Shown one piece after another: positions 52,406 to 63,935 of a stretch of 63,935 nucleotides of DNA. Within the stretch, counting starts at the first letter, position 1, and every line of letters begins with the position of its first letter. Below the pieces are notes generated by a model. That model had not been told where the DNA came from, did not search any database, and saw only the letters and a program-made list of their open reading frames with translations. A program made the position numbers and the translations under genes. Source of the DNA: Octopus bimaculoides (taxonomy: Eukaryota); contig NC_068994.1 of NCBI RefSeq assembly GCF_001194135.2, positions 41,381,635 through 41,445,569 of the forward strand. The letters run 5' to 3'.

Positions 52406-53127
52406 TATATATATATGTGTATATATATATGTGTATATATATATGTGTATATATATATATATATATGTGTATATATGTGTATATATATATATATATATGT
52501 GTATATATGTGTATATATATATGTATATATATGTGTATANNNNNNNNNNNNNNNNNNNNNNNNNNNNNNNNNNNNNNNNNNNNNNNNNNNNNNNNNNNNN
52601 NNNNNNNNNNNNNNNNNNNNNNNNNNNNNNNNNNNNNNNNNNNNNNNNNNNNNNNNNNNNNNNNNNNNNNNNNNNNNNNNNNNNNNNNNNNNNNNNNNNN
52701 NNNNNNNNNNNNNNNNNNNNNNNNNNNNNNNNNNNNNNNNNNNNNNNNNNNNNNNNNNNNNNNNNNNNNNNNNNNNNNNNNNNNNNNNNNNNNNNNNNNN
52801 NNNNNNNNNNNNNNNNNNNNNNNNNNNNNNNNNNNNNNNNNNNNNNNNNNNNNNNNNNNNNNNNNNNNNNNNNNNNNNNNNNNNNNNNNNNNNNNNNNNN
52901 NNNNNNNNNNNNNNNNNNNNNNNNNNNNNNNNNNNNNNNNNNNNNNNNNNNNNNNNNNNNNNNNNNNNNNNNNNNNNNNNNNNNNNNNNNNNNNNNNNNN
53001 NNNNNNNNNNNNNNNNNNNNNNNNNNNNNNNNNNNNNNNNNNNNNNNNNNNNNNNNNNNNNNNNNNNNNNNNNNNNNNNNNNNNNNNNNNNNNNNNNNNN
53101 NNNNNNNNNNNNNNNNNNNTATATATA

Positions 53128-53176
<49 letters not shown>

Positions 53177-53325
53177 ATATATATATATATATATGTGTGT
53201 ATATATATATATGTGTGTATATATATATATATATGTGTATATATATATATATGTGTATATATATATATATGTGTATATATATATATATATGTGTATATAT
53301 ATATATGTGTATATATATATATGTG

Positions 53326-53356
<31 letters not shown>

Positions 53357-53385
53357 GTGTACATATATATGTATATATGTATGTA
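52090..53385. repeat. Compound (TA)n/TG microsatellite with a large gap
   Basis: Direct reading; source of the spurious 378-473 aa ORFs. Confidence 0.95.
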
Positions 53386-53555
53386 TACGATGGGCTTCTT
53401 TCAGTTTTCCATCTACTAAATCCACTCATAAGGCTTTGGTCGGCCCGAGGCTATAGTAGAAGACACTTGCCCAAGGTGCCACGCAGTGGGAATGAACCCG
53501 AAACCATGTGGTTGGTAAGCAAGCTACTTACCACACAGCCACTCCTACTACGCCT
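53385..53555 (-). mobile_element. Family A SINE 5' half
   Basis: Head and CORE-like part; runs into the 52-53 kb microsatellite. Confidence 0.85.
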
Positions 53556-53811
53556 ATATATATATATGTATATATAAGTATTTATATTTGTATATACATA
53601 TGTGTGCGTATGTATAAATGCTATACATAAATTCTAAAAATTCTAAATATAAACTGTATCAGATATTTACAAGCACTAATCTAAGACAATAAGACGAGAA
53701 CAAGCCTTCCCACAGGACATGAACTTTACACTTAATGGTCTCCAGGCAACCGCATTATCGATTGTACCATAGATACCCTGTCATCCCTTACTTCATAATA
53801 ATGCTATATAA

Positions 53812-54250
53812 ATGTGGCTGTGTGGTAAGAAGATGCAAGCACAAGCATGGCTGTGTAATAAGAAGCTTGCTTCCCAACCACATGGTTCTGGGTTCAGTTC
53901 CACTGCATGGCACGTTGGACAAGTGTCTTCTACTATAGCCTCGGGTTGACCAAAGCCTTGTGAGTGGATTTGGTAGAGAGAAACTGAAAGAAGTCCATCA
54001 TATATATACATATTTACCTATTTATGTGTGTATGTGTGTCTCTGTTTGTCCCCCCTGCCATTGTTTGACAACTGATGCTAGTGTGTTTATATCCCTGTAA
54101 CTTAGCAGTTCAGCAAAGAGACCGATAGAATGAGCAATAGGCTTACAAAGAATAAGTCTTGGGATCGACTTCTTTGTTGAAAACCCTTAAGGCAGTGCTC
54201 CAGTGTGGCAGCAGTCAAATGATTGAAACAATTAAAGGAATAAAAGAAAA
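53812..54250 (+). mobile_element. Family A SINE, full length, duplicated head
   Basis: tggctgtgtggtaagaag ... tggctgtgtaataagaagcttgc...ggttcagttcc...gcagtcaaatgattgaaac. Confidence 0.85.
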
Positions 54251-55730
54251 GAAACATTTGACACACACACACACACACACATATATACATGGCACAGATG
54301 TGGCTCTGTTGTAAGAAGTTTGGTTCCAACACATATGGTCTCAGTCCAAGACACTAGCACCTTGGGAAATGTATTCTATTGCCTCAGGCTGGCCAAAGCC
54401 TTGTGAGTGTTTTTGGAAGATGAAAACAAGAAAAAGCCCATCATGTATGTATGTATACATGTGCGTGTGTGTCTCTGTGTGCATGTGTATGTGTTGCTGT
54501 CTCCTTGACCTCATGTGATAAATGTAACGTGTCAGGCCATAGTGAACATAACCTTGTTTGGAAATAGATGAAGTTTGGTAACTGTAAGGGCATCAGGTAG
54601 TAGGAAATCTACCTCGATAACTTCAATCCAAACCATGCAAGAATGGAAAAGTGGATGTTAAATGATTATGCAGATGATGATGATGATGATACTAACAATA
54701 CTACTAATAATAGAACTTCATACACATCCCAAACATACCTTTTCTCGCTATTTTTAAAACTGGATGAGTACTCCTCAAATTGAAATTAAATACCTTGTTG
54801 AGACACAAGGTGCCACTTGGTCCAGGAATGAAACACCCCTGAATTTTTAACTTTTTGATCAAATAATGCAACAAACCTAACTTGGTTCATCATGTCCTGA
54901 AAGTGAGTATGTTCACTTTATATTTACGTTCTTGATAATGCATAACGCTTTATGTATGCATGCATGCCTATATGTATGTATGTATGTATGTATGTATTTG
55001 TAGAATAGTACATGGATTTATAGACTGAAGTATTGGTGTGACCACGATATTCTGGTGATCTGATGAGCTAGCCTTCTTTATCTGCATTGATTTGTAATTG
55101 TATACAATCTATATTGTACAATGCATAGCATGCATATTAGTGCAGATATGTTATATAAAATAATTTATTATTGACTGAACTTATCTTTAGTTGATGAAGG
55201 CTGCAAAACAGCTGTAATCCTAAGGATAACAAGTGGTTAAATAAATATATTCACCTCTCATACCACCTGGCATTTTATTTGTTATGTATATAATCACCTC
55301 ACATTGTTCCAGTCCACTCAGCTGGCAAAAATGAGTAACGCTGCGATGGACTTGTGTCGTCCAGCTGGGGAATGCATACGCCATTGAAACCGGGAAACCA
55401 GGCCCATGAGCCTGGCTAGGCTTTTAAAGGGCACATTTATTTATTTTTATATAATCACCAATTACCTTCCCTTAGATTTTTTTGTACATGCTAATTCATT
55501 TACAAATAAACTCCCATTGAAACAACATAGACTAAAAACTTCTTAAGAAAATATGAAATTGCAATATTTTCACCAGTTTCTATGTCATGATCAGTGAAAT
55601 GGGAAACCGGTCGATTATCATGATATTCTATCGTTTTAAATATATTAAAAATATCTAAATTGTGTGCATTTTCCTTCTTTTGTAATATATTTTTTTCACT
55701 ACAACTCATCTCTTCAACAAAATTCTTTTT

Positions 55731-55768
<38 letters not shown>

Positions 55769-55786
55769 NNNNNNNNNNNNNNNNNN

Positions 55787-55818
<32 letters not shown>

Positions 55819-56470
55819 AGAGGGATGACCACTAAGTGGACATCCACTATACAAGAACAAGACCACCTATGGTCTGACCGCTAAGAAAAGATTGTTCTCA
55901 AGAAAATTCAGCAAATGCCAGAACGTAAGCGAGCAAGACAAATGAAAAGATACAAAATATAAAGATTAATCACAAACCTGGATTCATTGTTACCACTTAC
56001 GTAATTACTTACATAAATGTTCGCAACTCATCAGTATGATCGTCATAGCAATATAATTTGCAGAGCTATACATGAGACGTCCGCATGAGATTGAACATGT
56101 ATAATGTTCTACCAATTACATTTGGGGTTATATTTCAAAAGTTTTCGTTTGGCACACCTAATCCCTCTTATATGTATGTAATATAATTTTTCTGTATCTT
56201 CAGATTTTTTTATATGCTAGGCCACCGGTTTTAAATTGATATTAATCAAATTAATATTCAATTTTTCACCCTTATTATTTAAATTTATATATATNNNNNN
56301 NNNNNNNNNNNNNNNNNNNNNNNNNNNNNNNNNNNNNNNNNNNNNNNNNNNNNNNNNNNNNNNNNNNNNNNNNNNNNNNNNNNNNNNNNNNNNNNNNNNN
56401 NNNNNNNNNNNNNNNNNNNNNNNNNNNNNNNNNNNNNNNNNNNNNNNNNNNNNNNNNNNNNNNNNNNNNN

Positions 56471-56507
<37 letters not shown>

Positions 56508-56798
56508 AATAGATGTATATATAGAAATATATATGTAACTATACAAATAAGTGTACAACTACTCCTGGTATGTTTAGAGTTCCATTTAGACTTTCATATT
56601 CCAGTGTACTTCCAGGAGAGTTGTTAATCAACTCCTATACTAAGCAGCATTACTAGTCATGAAATACAGAGCAAATGTAGGAGAGATTAAGATAAACATA
56701 AGTTTATATGTTATTAGTCCCAAAATATATTTCATCATTACAGTTGTTTGGCACCTTGCATAGGGTATTCCAAGTGTATTTGGATGCTGGACTCAAAT

Positions 56799-57164
56799 CA
56801 GTGTTTCCCAAACATTTTTGGCTTATTGATCCCTTTTGATTACTATTTTATTCTGATGGACTCCCATAGCCATTCAATGTTTAAAAACTAGTTTCATAGT
56901 CTTTCGAAATCCCCATATTGTTTTCCATATATTCAGTTGTATAGCTTTGCAATAGGATCTGTAAAAGGACATGTTTCAGTGGCTGGGAACATGTTAAACT
57001 ATGTAAAACATTAGAGAAAGAAATCTAACTATTTCTTGCAATATAGACATTTGAGGGCAAAAATTTTTCATGGACCCTTAAAATACTACCTTGAGTCCCC
57101 AATTTACTACTTTGCTTATACTGACCCCTCAAAATCTTAAACGGACCCTGTTTGAGAATCACTA
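56799..57164. mobile_element. hAT-Charlie-like MITE
   Basis: cagtgtttcccaaac...gtttgagaatcact(a); imperfect 8-bp flanks actcaaat/acttgaat. Confidence 0.6.
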
Positions 57165-57681
57165 ACTTGAATGGATCAAGGAACACTTAATTGCATTAAG
57201 TTACAGAAAACTAATGTCTTGTATAGTACAGGTGCACCTCTTGCTCCTTCCAGTTATCATATCCTGCTATTCCTCTATTTCAAGGAGTACTTAGGACTAC
57301 ACTGGTATCAAAAACAATCAGCAACATGGTACATTCAACCTAGCGATACTTGTTTGTGATTGACACCTATAATAGGTTTTAACATATGTTCATCATTAAT
57401 TTAATGTATTCCTTTCTGTGCTTGCATGGGTCAGATGGAGTTTATTGAGGCAGGTTTTATATGGCAGATGTCCTTTCTGTTGTCAGCACTCATTTCCAAG
57501 CAATTTAATATTTTCCCTGTGGCCAGATGTGGCCTTGCAGAATATTGGAAATGAAAAGTACTGGTTGCACGACAGTAGCAATCATTTACAACTACCAGAC
57601 GATGTCAAGACAAGAAAACACACACAGACAGACACGTGCATACTTTTGCATGCACGCGCAGACACAAACACACATTCATAA

Positions 57682-57860
57682 GGCAGTGAGCTGGTAGAAA
57701 TGTTAGCACGCTGGGCGAAATGCTTAGCGGTATTTCGTCTGCCGCTACGTTCTGAGTTCAAATTCCGCCGAGGTCGAATTTGCCTTGCATCCTTTTGGGG
57801 TCGATTAAATAAGTACCAGTTATGCACTGGGGTCGATATAATCGACTTAATCCGTTTGTT
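57682..57860 (+). mobile_element. Family C SINE, young
   Basis: gagctggtagaaatgttagcacgctgggcgaaatgcttagcgg...gttcaaattccgccgaggtcg...ggggtcgattaaataagtaccag; CpGs retained. Confidence 0.9.
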
Positions 57861-58929
57861 TGTCCCCTCTGTGTGTAGCCCCTTGTGGGTAGTAAAGAAA
57901 TAATACACATTCATACAGCAGGTATTTTTCAGTTTCTGGCTACCAAAGCCTCTCAGGAGTCTTTGCTTGAAGACTTCTGTGAGACTGAAGCCAGAATTTT
58001 GTGATTGTGAAGCAAACTTCTTACCATACAGCGACAACTGCGCCTGTGTACATATCTGTATTTAGATATGAATAGCTATGATCAATGTCTGTATTTCTTT
58101 TTCAGTTTTATCATCGAACTAATGCAAAACAATGTTCTCACTGGGTTTCTCATTTTTTCCCCACCTCTTCAAAATGTGGTCCATTGGTTTCTGCTGACTA
58201 ATATATAAACTCTGGCCTTATAATTGTTGTGTTGAGCATATTATAGATGTACCTGACAATTCACTGGTTTAATACATATATACGCATGGAGTAGCAATGG
58301 TTATAAAATTAAACAAAATAATGATTATGCTGATAGTGATGATGATGATGATAAAACAGATAACAACAACAACTATGCCACCAATGATACTGCTACCACC
58401 ATCAACAACAATGATAAGGGAGGAAGAGGAGGGGAAAGTGGTAATGGTGATGACAGTGATGATGATGACACCAGCAAAATAATGATGAAGATGATGATGA
58501 CAATGTTTGTGTCATTTAGCATCAAGTCAATCTTGATCGAAGACGTTCCAATCACAACCGTCCTATCTTAGAAAGGGTATCTAGGAATACATCATCAAAT
58601 GTAGTCTCCTATTTCCTAAGCATGTGATTTGAGGAAGCTTTAGCTATTATTTTTAGCAGACCAAGTGATCCTGTGGTGTCTCCTTCATTAGCTTGATTGG
58701 CAGTAATGGTACTGATGGTTAGTGACAATAACAATAACAATACTAATATTGACTATGGTCGTAATAGATGACGGTATTGTTACCTAATGGTTATAGTGTT
58801 GATGGTGGTACTGCTGCTGGCAATGGCAGTGGTGGTAGTGGGGGTGGTGATGGTGGGGTTGTTGTTGTTGCTGTTGGTGGCAATGACATTTGGAGTAATT
58901 ATAACAAAAATAATAATGTTCTCAATGAT

Positions 58930-59160
58930 CTCAATATTGGCTTCAAATTTTGGCACAAGGCCAGCAGTGTTGGGGGAGGGGTAAGTCGATTTCGTCGACC
59001 CATCCCCAGTGCTCATCTGGTACTTATTTTATCGATCCCAAGAGGAGTTGAAAGGCAAAGTCAACTTCGGTAAAATTTGAACTCAGAGCATACAGATGGA
59101 CGAAAATGCCACTAAGCATTCTGTCCGGCATGCTAATGATTCTGACAGCTCTCCACTTTT
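58930..59160 (-). mobile_element. Family C SINE
   Basis: ggcacaaggccagc...ctggtacttattttatcgatccc...gaaaggcaaagtcaac. Confidence 0.8.
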
Positions 59161-59828
59161 GCGATGGTCATAACAGTAAAAAAAAAAAAACAGAATAGCA
59201 GATTGTATGCAATGGTGATGGTGATGGTAATAGTGTACTGACAGCTATGAGTGATGATAACACCAGTGATAAAAAGAAAATTAACATTGATGAATAAAGA
59301 CAAAAGACTGAAGATAAACGTGAATAAGACAGAAGTATAATTTTATCTGGTAATATTCAGATTGTTATTTACATGAATAGGTAATTTCAGAATAGCATAG
59401 TCATAAAAAATATCCAAACCGTGCAATAGTTTGGATTTTATTTTAACTTTCTCTCCTTTGCTTCACTTTAAATTTCGTCAAATTATTGTTATTATAATCA
59501 TTTTGGTCTGTTGAATTTGCATAGTTTTGTAATGTGCGAGGGAGAGTTTTTGTAAATGCTGTAGTATGTATAAATATATATATATGTGTGTGTGTGCATG
59601 TGTATGAGTGGATGTATGTGTAAATGTGTGTGTATCTATGTATGTATTTTGTTGTTGTGTGTATGTGTGTTTGTGGTGTTTACATAAATGTCCTAGAGGA
59701 GTGGGAGTTGTTAGTTGATGAAGTGTTTGGCATAAATGTTGTTTTTTTTTTAACAGTCTGGCTGACAATGGAAGCTACACTCGTCTTCAAGACTTCAACA
59801 CTTAACTGCTAAGTACGAATATACTCAC

Positions 59829-59872
59829 CTTAACCAGGATACATCATTTACAAGGTAAGGTAATAGCAACAC
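59829..59872 (-). other. Candidate 44-bp exon (or 3' end of a longer 5'UTR exon)
   Basis: Long pyrimidine tract ...ttccgtttccaccattag|GTGTTG...GTTAAG|gtgagt. Confidence 0.4.
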
Positions 59873-60974
59873 CTAATGGTGGAAACGGAAACAGAACAGA
59901 AAAAAACAAAACAAAAACAAGAACAAGAATTTGAAAAAAAAAAACAAACTCCGGAATTAAAACACTATGTTCCTTGTGAATGTTACATACTGCCAAAGTT
60001 GAAGATAGTCATCCTTACAGTGAAGCACTGAACTTTAAAAAAGCTCGAGTTTAGGAATTATATAGAAATTTTTTTTCTTTTTTTTCTTTTTTTTTTCTTT
60101 TTTGACTTCTTCTTCTTCTATACTTGGGTCCCTTATAAAAAAAGTCAAGCTAAATTTATTCCAGAAGTTCAGTCGGCAAAGTTCTTCTTCAAGTGTTCTT
60201 CTGAGGATTTTCTTTTTTTTTGCAAAAAAAAAAAAAAAAAAAAAATTTTTTTTTTTAAATTTTAATTTTTATTCCTTATTTCTGTAATGATTAATAATGG
60301 TAGTGGTGGTAGGTGGGTGGGTGGGGGGAATAAAACTGGAGATCAGTGAGTGATTTGATTCTTATGGTTGGTTGATGTATTGTCCATCAAATGAAGTGGT
60401 TGTCCTATTGAAATATGCATCACTTTTACCAAATATCTCTGGGAATTGGTCAAAATAATTACAGTTGTGTCCTCAGAATAAAGCTTTTCAGAGAAAAAAA
60501 AATTCTTGACACTTTTGCCTTGAATTCTGGTAATTTGGTCTTGGAAATACATGAAATACTTGATGAGGGAAACCTGAAAGAAAAGAAAAATATATACTAT
60601 TAAAATCTCCTCTTATCTCAAATGAAATGATTGGTAACATAACTCCGCATTGGTGGTTTTGAAACAATTTTGTCACTGGTACATATTTTAGAACGTTAAA
60701 AAATGTATTGGAGTGTATGAAATCTCAAAATATATTAAACAAAGGCATGTCTATATGGTTCACAAACTTGCTTTGCAAACACACAACTTTGAATTCAGTT
60801 CTACTGCATGGTATCTTAGGTAAGAATTTTCTACTATATATATATATATATATATATAAGCAGAAAATGGAGAGTTCCAGGAATTAAAACAGAAGCTGAA
60901 CAAAAGTGCAAACAGAAAATACACATACAGGACATAGATGTACTGTTTCTTCATCAGTTATTGTCTCAAAAATC

Positions 60975-61010
<36 letters not shown>

Positions 61011-62102
61011 ATAAAATCTTTATAAGAATTTACCAAGTAGTTAGCATGAAAAACCTCATAAGGGAAAAATTTTGTAATTATTTCCTATAAATATATTCAT
61101 TTATATTAAGGGTATTACTATACAAAAAAGCCTCATGCTAGGAGGGACTCGTAATATATATATGTATAAAATAATTATTTTATACATAAAGATGCAATTT
61201 ATAAAGACTTCAAAGAGAGAAAGAGAGGTAGAGGGAGAATGGGAAACAGAGAAAAGAAAATGAAGCGACAGGAAAAGATGGAGAAAGAGATAATTAAAGG
61301 CACATTGATATCACAAAATTTGCTGCATCTTGATGTTCGTCATTCTCACTCTTATCAATATATATATATATATCTCCATAGGGTTTATCCTTTCTTTTTC
61401 TTACAATATACATGCCACAAAATTGTATGAAACTGGGCTTATAAGCCTATGGCTTGGGGAAAGACATTGAATCCTTTTTTACGCACAGACACACAAACAC
61501 ACACATTTCTGTCATGTTTTAGTGATACACAAAAAATTGGTAGGTAGGAACTTACTATTGTGCTAACATATAAATAATTTAAAGTATAGGAAATTATTAA
61601 GTATTTAATAAATAAAACAGTTATCAAGACTTTACATTTAAAATTTCTTGTTTGTATTTTTCACGTTTTCACATTTTTAAGTGTAAGTTCTTATTTTCAT
61701 GGTACAGCTATCTACATCTTGCTTCACATTAATACTCTGCTGTTCATTGTTTGAGAACCACTCCTCTAGATATTGTTTTCTTTCACATTATAATATTTTT
61801 CTCTCTTAAAGTAATATAATATCATTCTTTATTATACTATCCCAAAGCTAGTATTATTACTGTTAACTGGACATCCCATATGAAATATCAATGTTTATCA
61901 CACCAGTTGTCACAATGCTCTGTCATTTTAGATGAAATACAACATTTTAGCATGCAATAGCTTCCCTAAACTAAACTCCACTCTGTTGCTGCTATTGATA
62001 TTATTGCTGCTGCTGCTGCTGCTGCTGCTACTACCACCACCACCACCACCACTATTAATAATGATCATAATATTATTGATAATAGTAATAATAATAATAA
62101 TA

Positions 62103-62302
62103 ATCCTTTCTACTATAGGGATAAGGTCTAAAATTTTGTGGGAGGGGACCAGTCAATTACATCAACCTCAATGCATAACTGATACTTAATTTATTGACCC
62201 CCTCCCCCAAAGGATGAAAGGCATAGTCAACCCCAGTGAAATTTTAACTGAGAATGAGAAGACAGACGAAATGCCCTAATGATTCTGTCAGCTTGCCACC
62301 TT
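62103..62302 (-). mobile_element. Family C SINE
   Basis: gatacttaatttattgacc...ggatgaaaggcatagtcaacc...gattctgtcagcttgccacc. Confidence 0.75.
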
Positions 62303-62319
62303 AATGATGATAATCATCA

Positions 62320-62680
62320 TCATCATCATCATCATCGTTTAACGTCCGCTTTCCATGCTAGCATGGGTTGGACGATTTGACTGAGGACTGGTGAAACCGG
62401 ATGGCAACACCAGGCTCCAGTCTAATTTGGCAGAGTTTCTACAGCTGGATGCCCTTCCTAACGCCAACCACTCAGAGAGTGTAGTGGGTGCTTTTACGTG
62501 TCACCCGCACGAAAACGGCCACGCTCAAAATGGTGCATCTCATGTGCCACCCGCACAAGAACCAGTCCAGGGGCACTGGCAACGATCTTACTTGGCTTGC
62601 CGGGTCTTCTCACGCACAGCACATTTCCAAAGGTCTCGGTCAGTAGTCATCACCTCGGTGAGGCCCAATGTACGAAGGTA
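62320..62680 (-). mobile_element. 5'-truncated RTE LINE: ORF2 end plus family B 3'UTR
   Basis: LRTLGLTEVMTTDRDLWKCAVREKTRQAK* directly followed by the family B sequence and (GAT)n tail. Confidence 0.85.
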
Positions 62681-62922
62681 ATAATAATAATAATGATAAT
62701 AATAATAATAATAATAATAATAGTAATAATAATGATGAACTCTCCCTTCCAAGATGACATATAGGTATTCAGCATTCGTCAAACAGTCTGCACAAATGAT
62801 TTGTTTATAAAGAATAAAAAGTTTAGAATGGTACAACAATGCTCTATAGAACAAAAAATGGATTGTACACCTGTTGTAATTTGGTTATCTATAGTCCAAT
62901 GATATTGCGGAATTACAATTCC

Positions 62923-62989
62923 TTCTTCAGATCTTCTTAGCTGGAGTCTCTGCTATAAACAGAGACTCCAGCTAAGAAGATCTGAAGAA
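62923..62989. repeat. Perfect 30-bp inverted repeat with 7-nt loop
   Basis: ttcttcagatcttcttagctggagtctctg-ctataaa-cagagactccagctaagaagatctgaagaa. Confidence 0.97.
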
Positions 62990-63361
62990 AGAATATTTTA
63001 GCCCTTGGCAGTCATACAAACTGACAAAGACTAAGTGTTTATCACAAGGTCCAAAATTCCGTGATATCAGTATGTCTGCAACTCATTTGTGATTTCTATT
63101 TGCTATTGGTGAGATGGCTTTTATATATGCATTTCCTTGAATTCACCAGTATATAAGTGATTTATTGTGGAACTTGAACCATTTGACTCCTATTTCTAGC
63201 AACGCGGTGTACTATCTTGTATTCTGATTACAAATTTGTAATTTTACCATTTTGGTTATTTTATGCTTGCTAGCCACTTATATTATAATTTTTCATTAAT
63301 AATAATATCTTTTTATGTTATATACATATAATATGTTTTTATGTTGTATACACATACACAT

Positions 63362-63396
<35 letters not shown>

Positions 63397-63789
63397 AATA
63401 TATGAATATGTACATATATGTATGCATGCATACATGTGTGTATGTGTGAATATGCATAATATACATATATATATATGCATGCATATGTATGCATATGCAT
63501 GTGTGTGTATACATGCATTGGTATGTATGAATGTATGTATATATATACTCACATTCATGACTCTGGCTTGTTTATAACAAATGTTTAGTTGAATTTCACT
63601 TCCTGTCCACAAAAGAAACTCTTCAATCCAATAATACAGACATTTAGTTTTGCAAATTTAATGACTCTAACAGCGTATTACTGCTGAAATGACAGGAACA
63701 AAAGTGAACTAGGTGTCAGGACGAAGAACAATGAACTCATCAAAAAAATCAATACTATTGAGCAAAGAATGAAAATCAGATAAGGTTAA

Positions 63790-63821
<32 letters not shown>

Positions 63822-63935
63822 CATACATACATGTATGTATATATATATATATATACATACATGTATGTATATATATATATATACATACATGTATGTATAT
63901 ATATACATACATGTATGTATATATATATATATATA

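Noticed and set aside
52004-53577. Longest ORFs (378-473 aa) and the many YI/HT/CV-rich ORFs across the window
   Set aside because: Translations of TA/CA microsatellites and N gaps, which lack stop codons
56010-56037. Minus-strand CTGATGAG-TTG-CGAAC hammerhead-like motif
   Set aside because: One core A is missing and there is no stem I pairing next to a valid NUH; at most a relic

Overview
AT-rich, microsatellite-saturated eukaryotic DNA with about 15 N-gaps. The repeat landscape is typical of an Octopus draft assembly (species is an inference). No complete protein-coding gene, rRNA, tRNA or CRISPR array is supportable, and most ORF-track entries are translated microsatellites. The window is dominated by three recurrent retroposon families: A, a tRNA-headed SINE with a CORE-like body and an internal microsatellite; B, the 3' end of an RTE-clade LINE; and C, a tRNA-headed SINE with a Meta-domain-like core. 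It also holds decayed Tc1/mariner transposases (DD37D and DD34D types), piggyBac-, hAT- and Tigger-like MITEs, an RLE-type LINE fragment and Penelope-like (PLE) remnants. The most notable signals are: (1) a near-canonical type I hammerhead ribozyme at 38573-38621 (-), plus two decayed hammerhead-like cores; (2) several fold-back palindromes (4.6-5.6 kb, 27.0-27.3 kb, 41.4-41.6 kb, 62.9 kb), one ending inside a hammerhead-like core; (3) an unclassified TIR element with a 6-bp target-site duplication, supported because its removal restores a mariner reading frame; (4) an orphan 228-bp minus-strand exon candidate and a strong donor about 52 kb upstream, suggesting the window is mostly one large intron. 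Repeat boundaries are approximate (about 10-20 bp).
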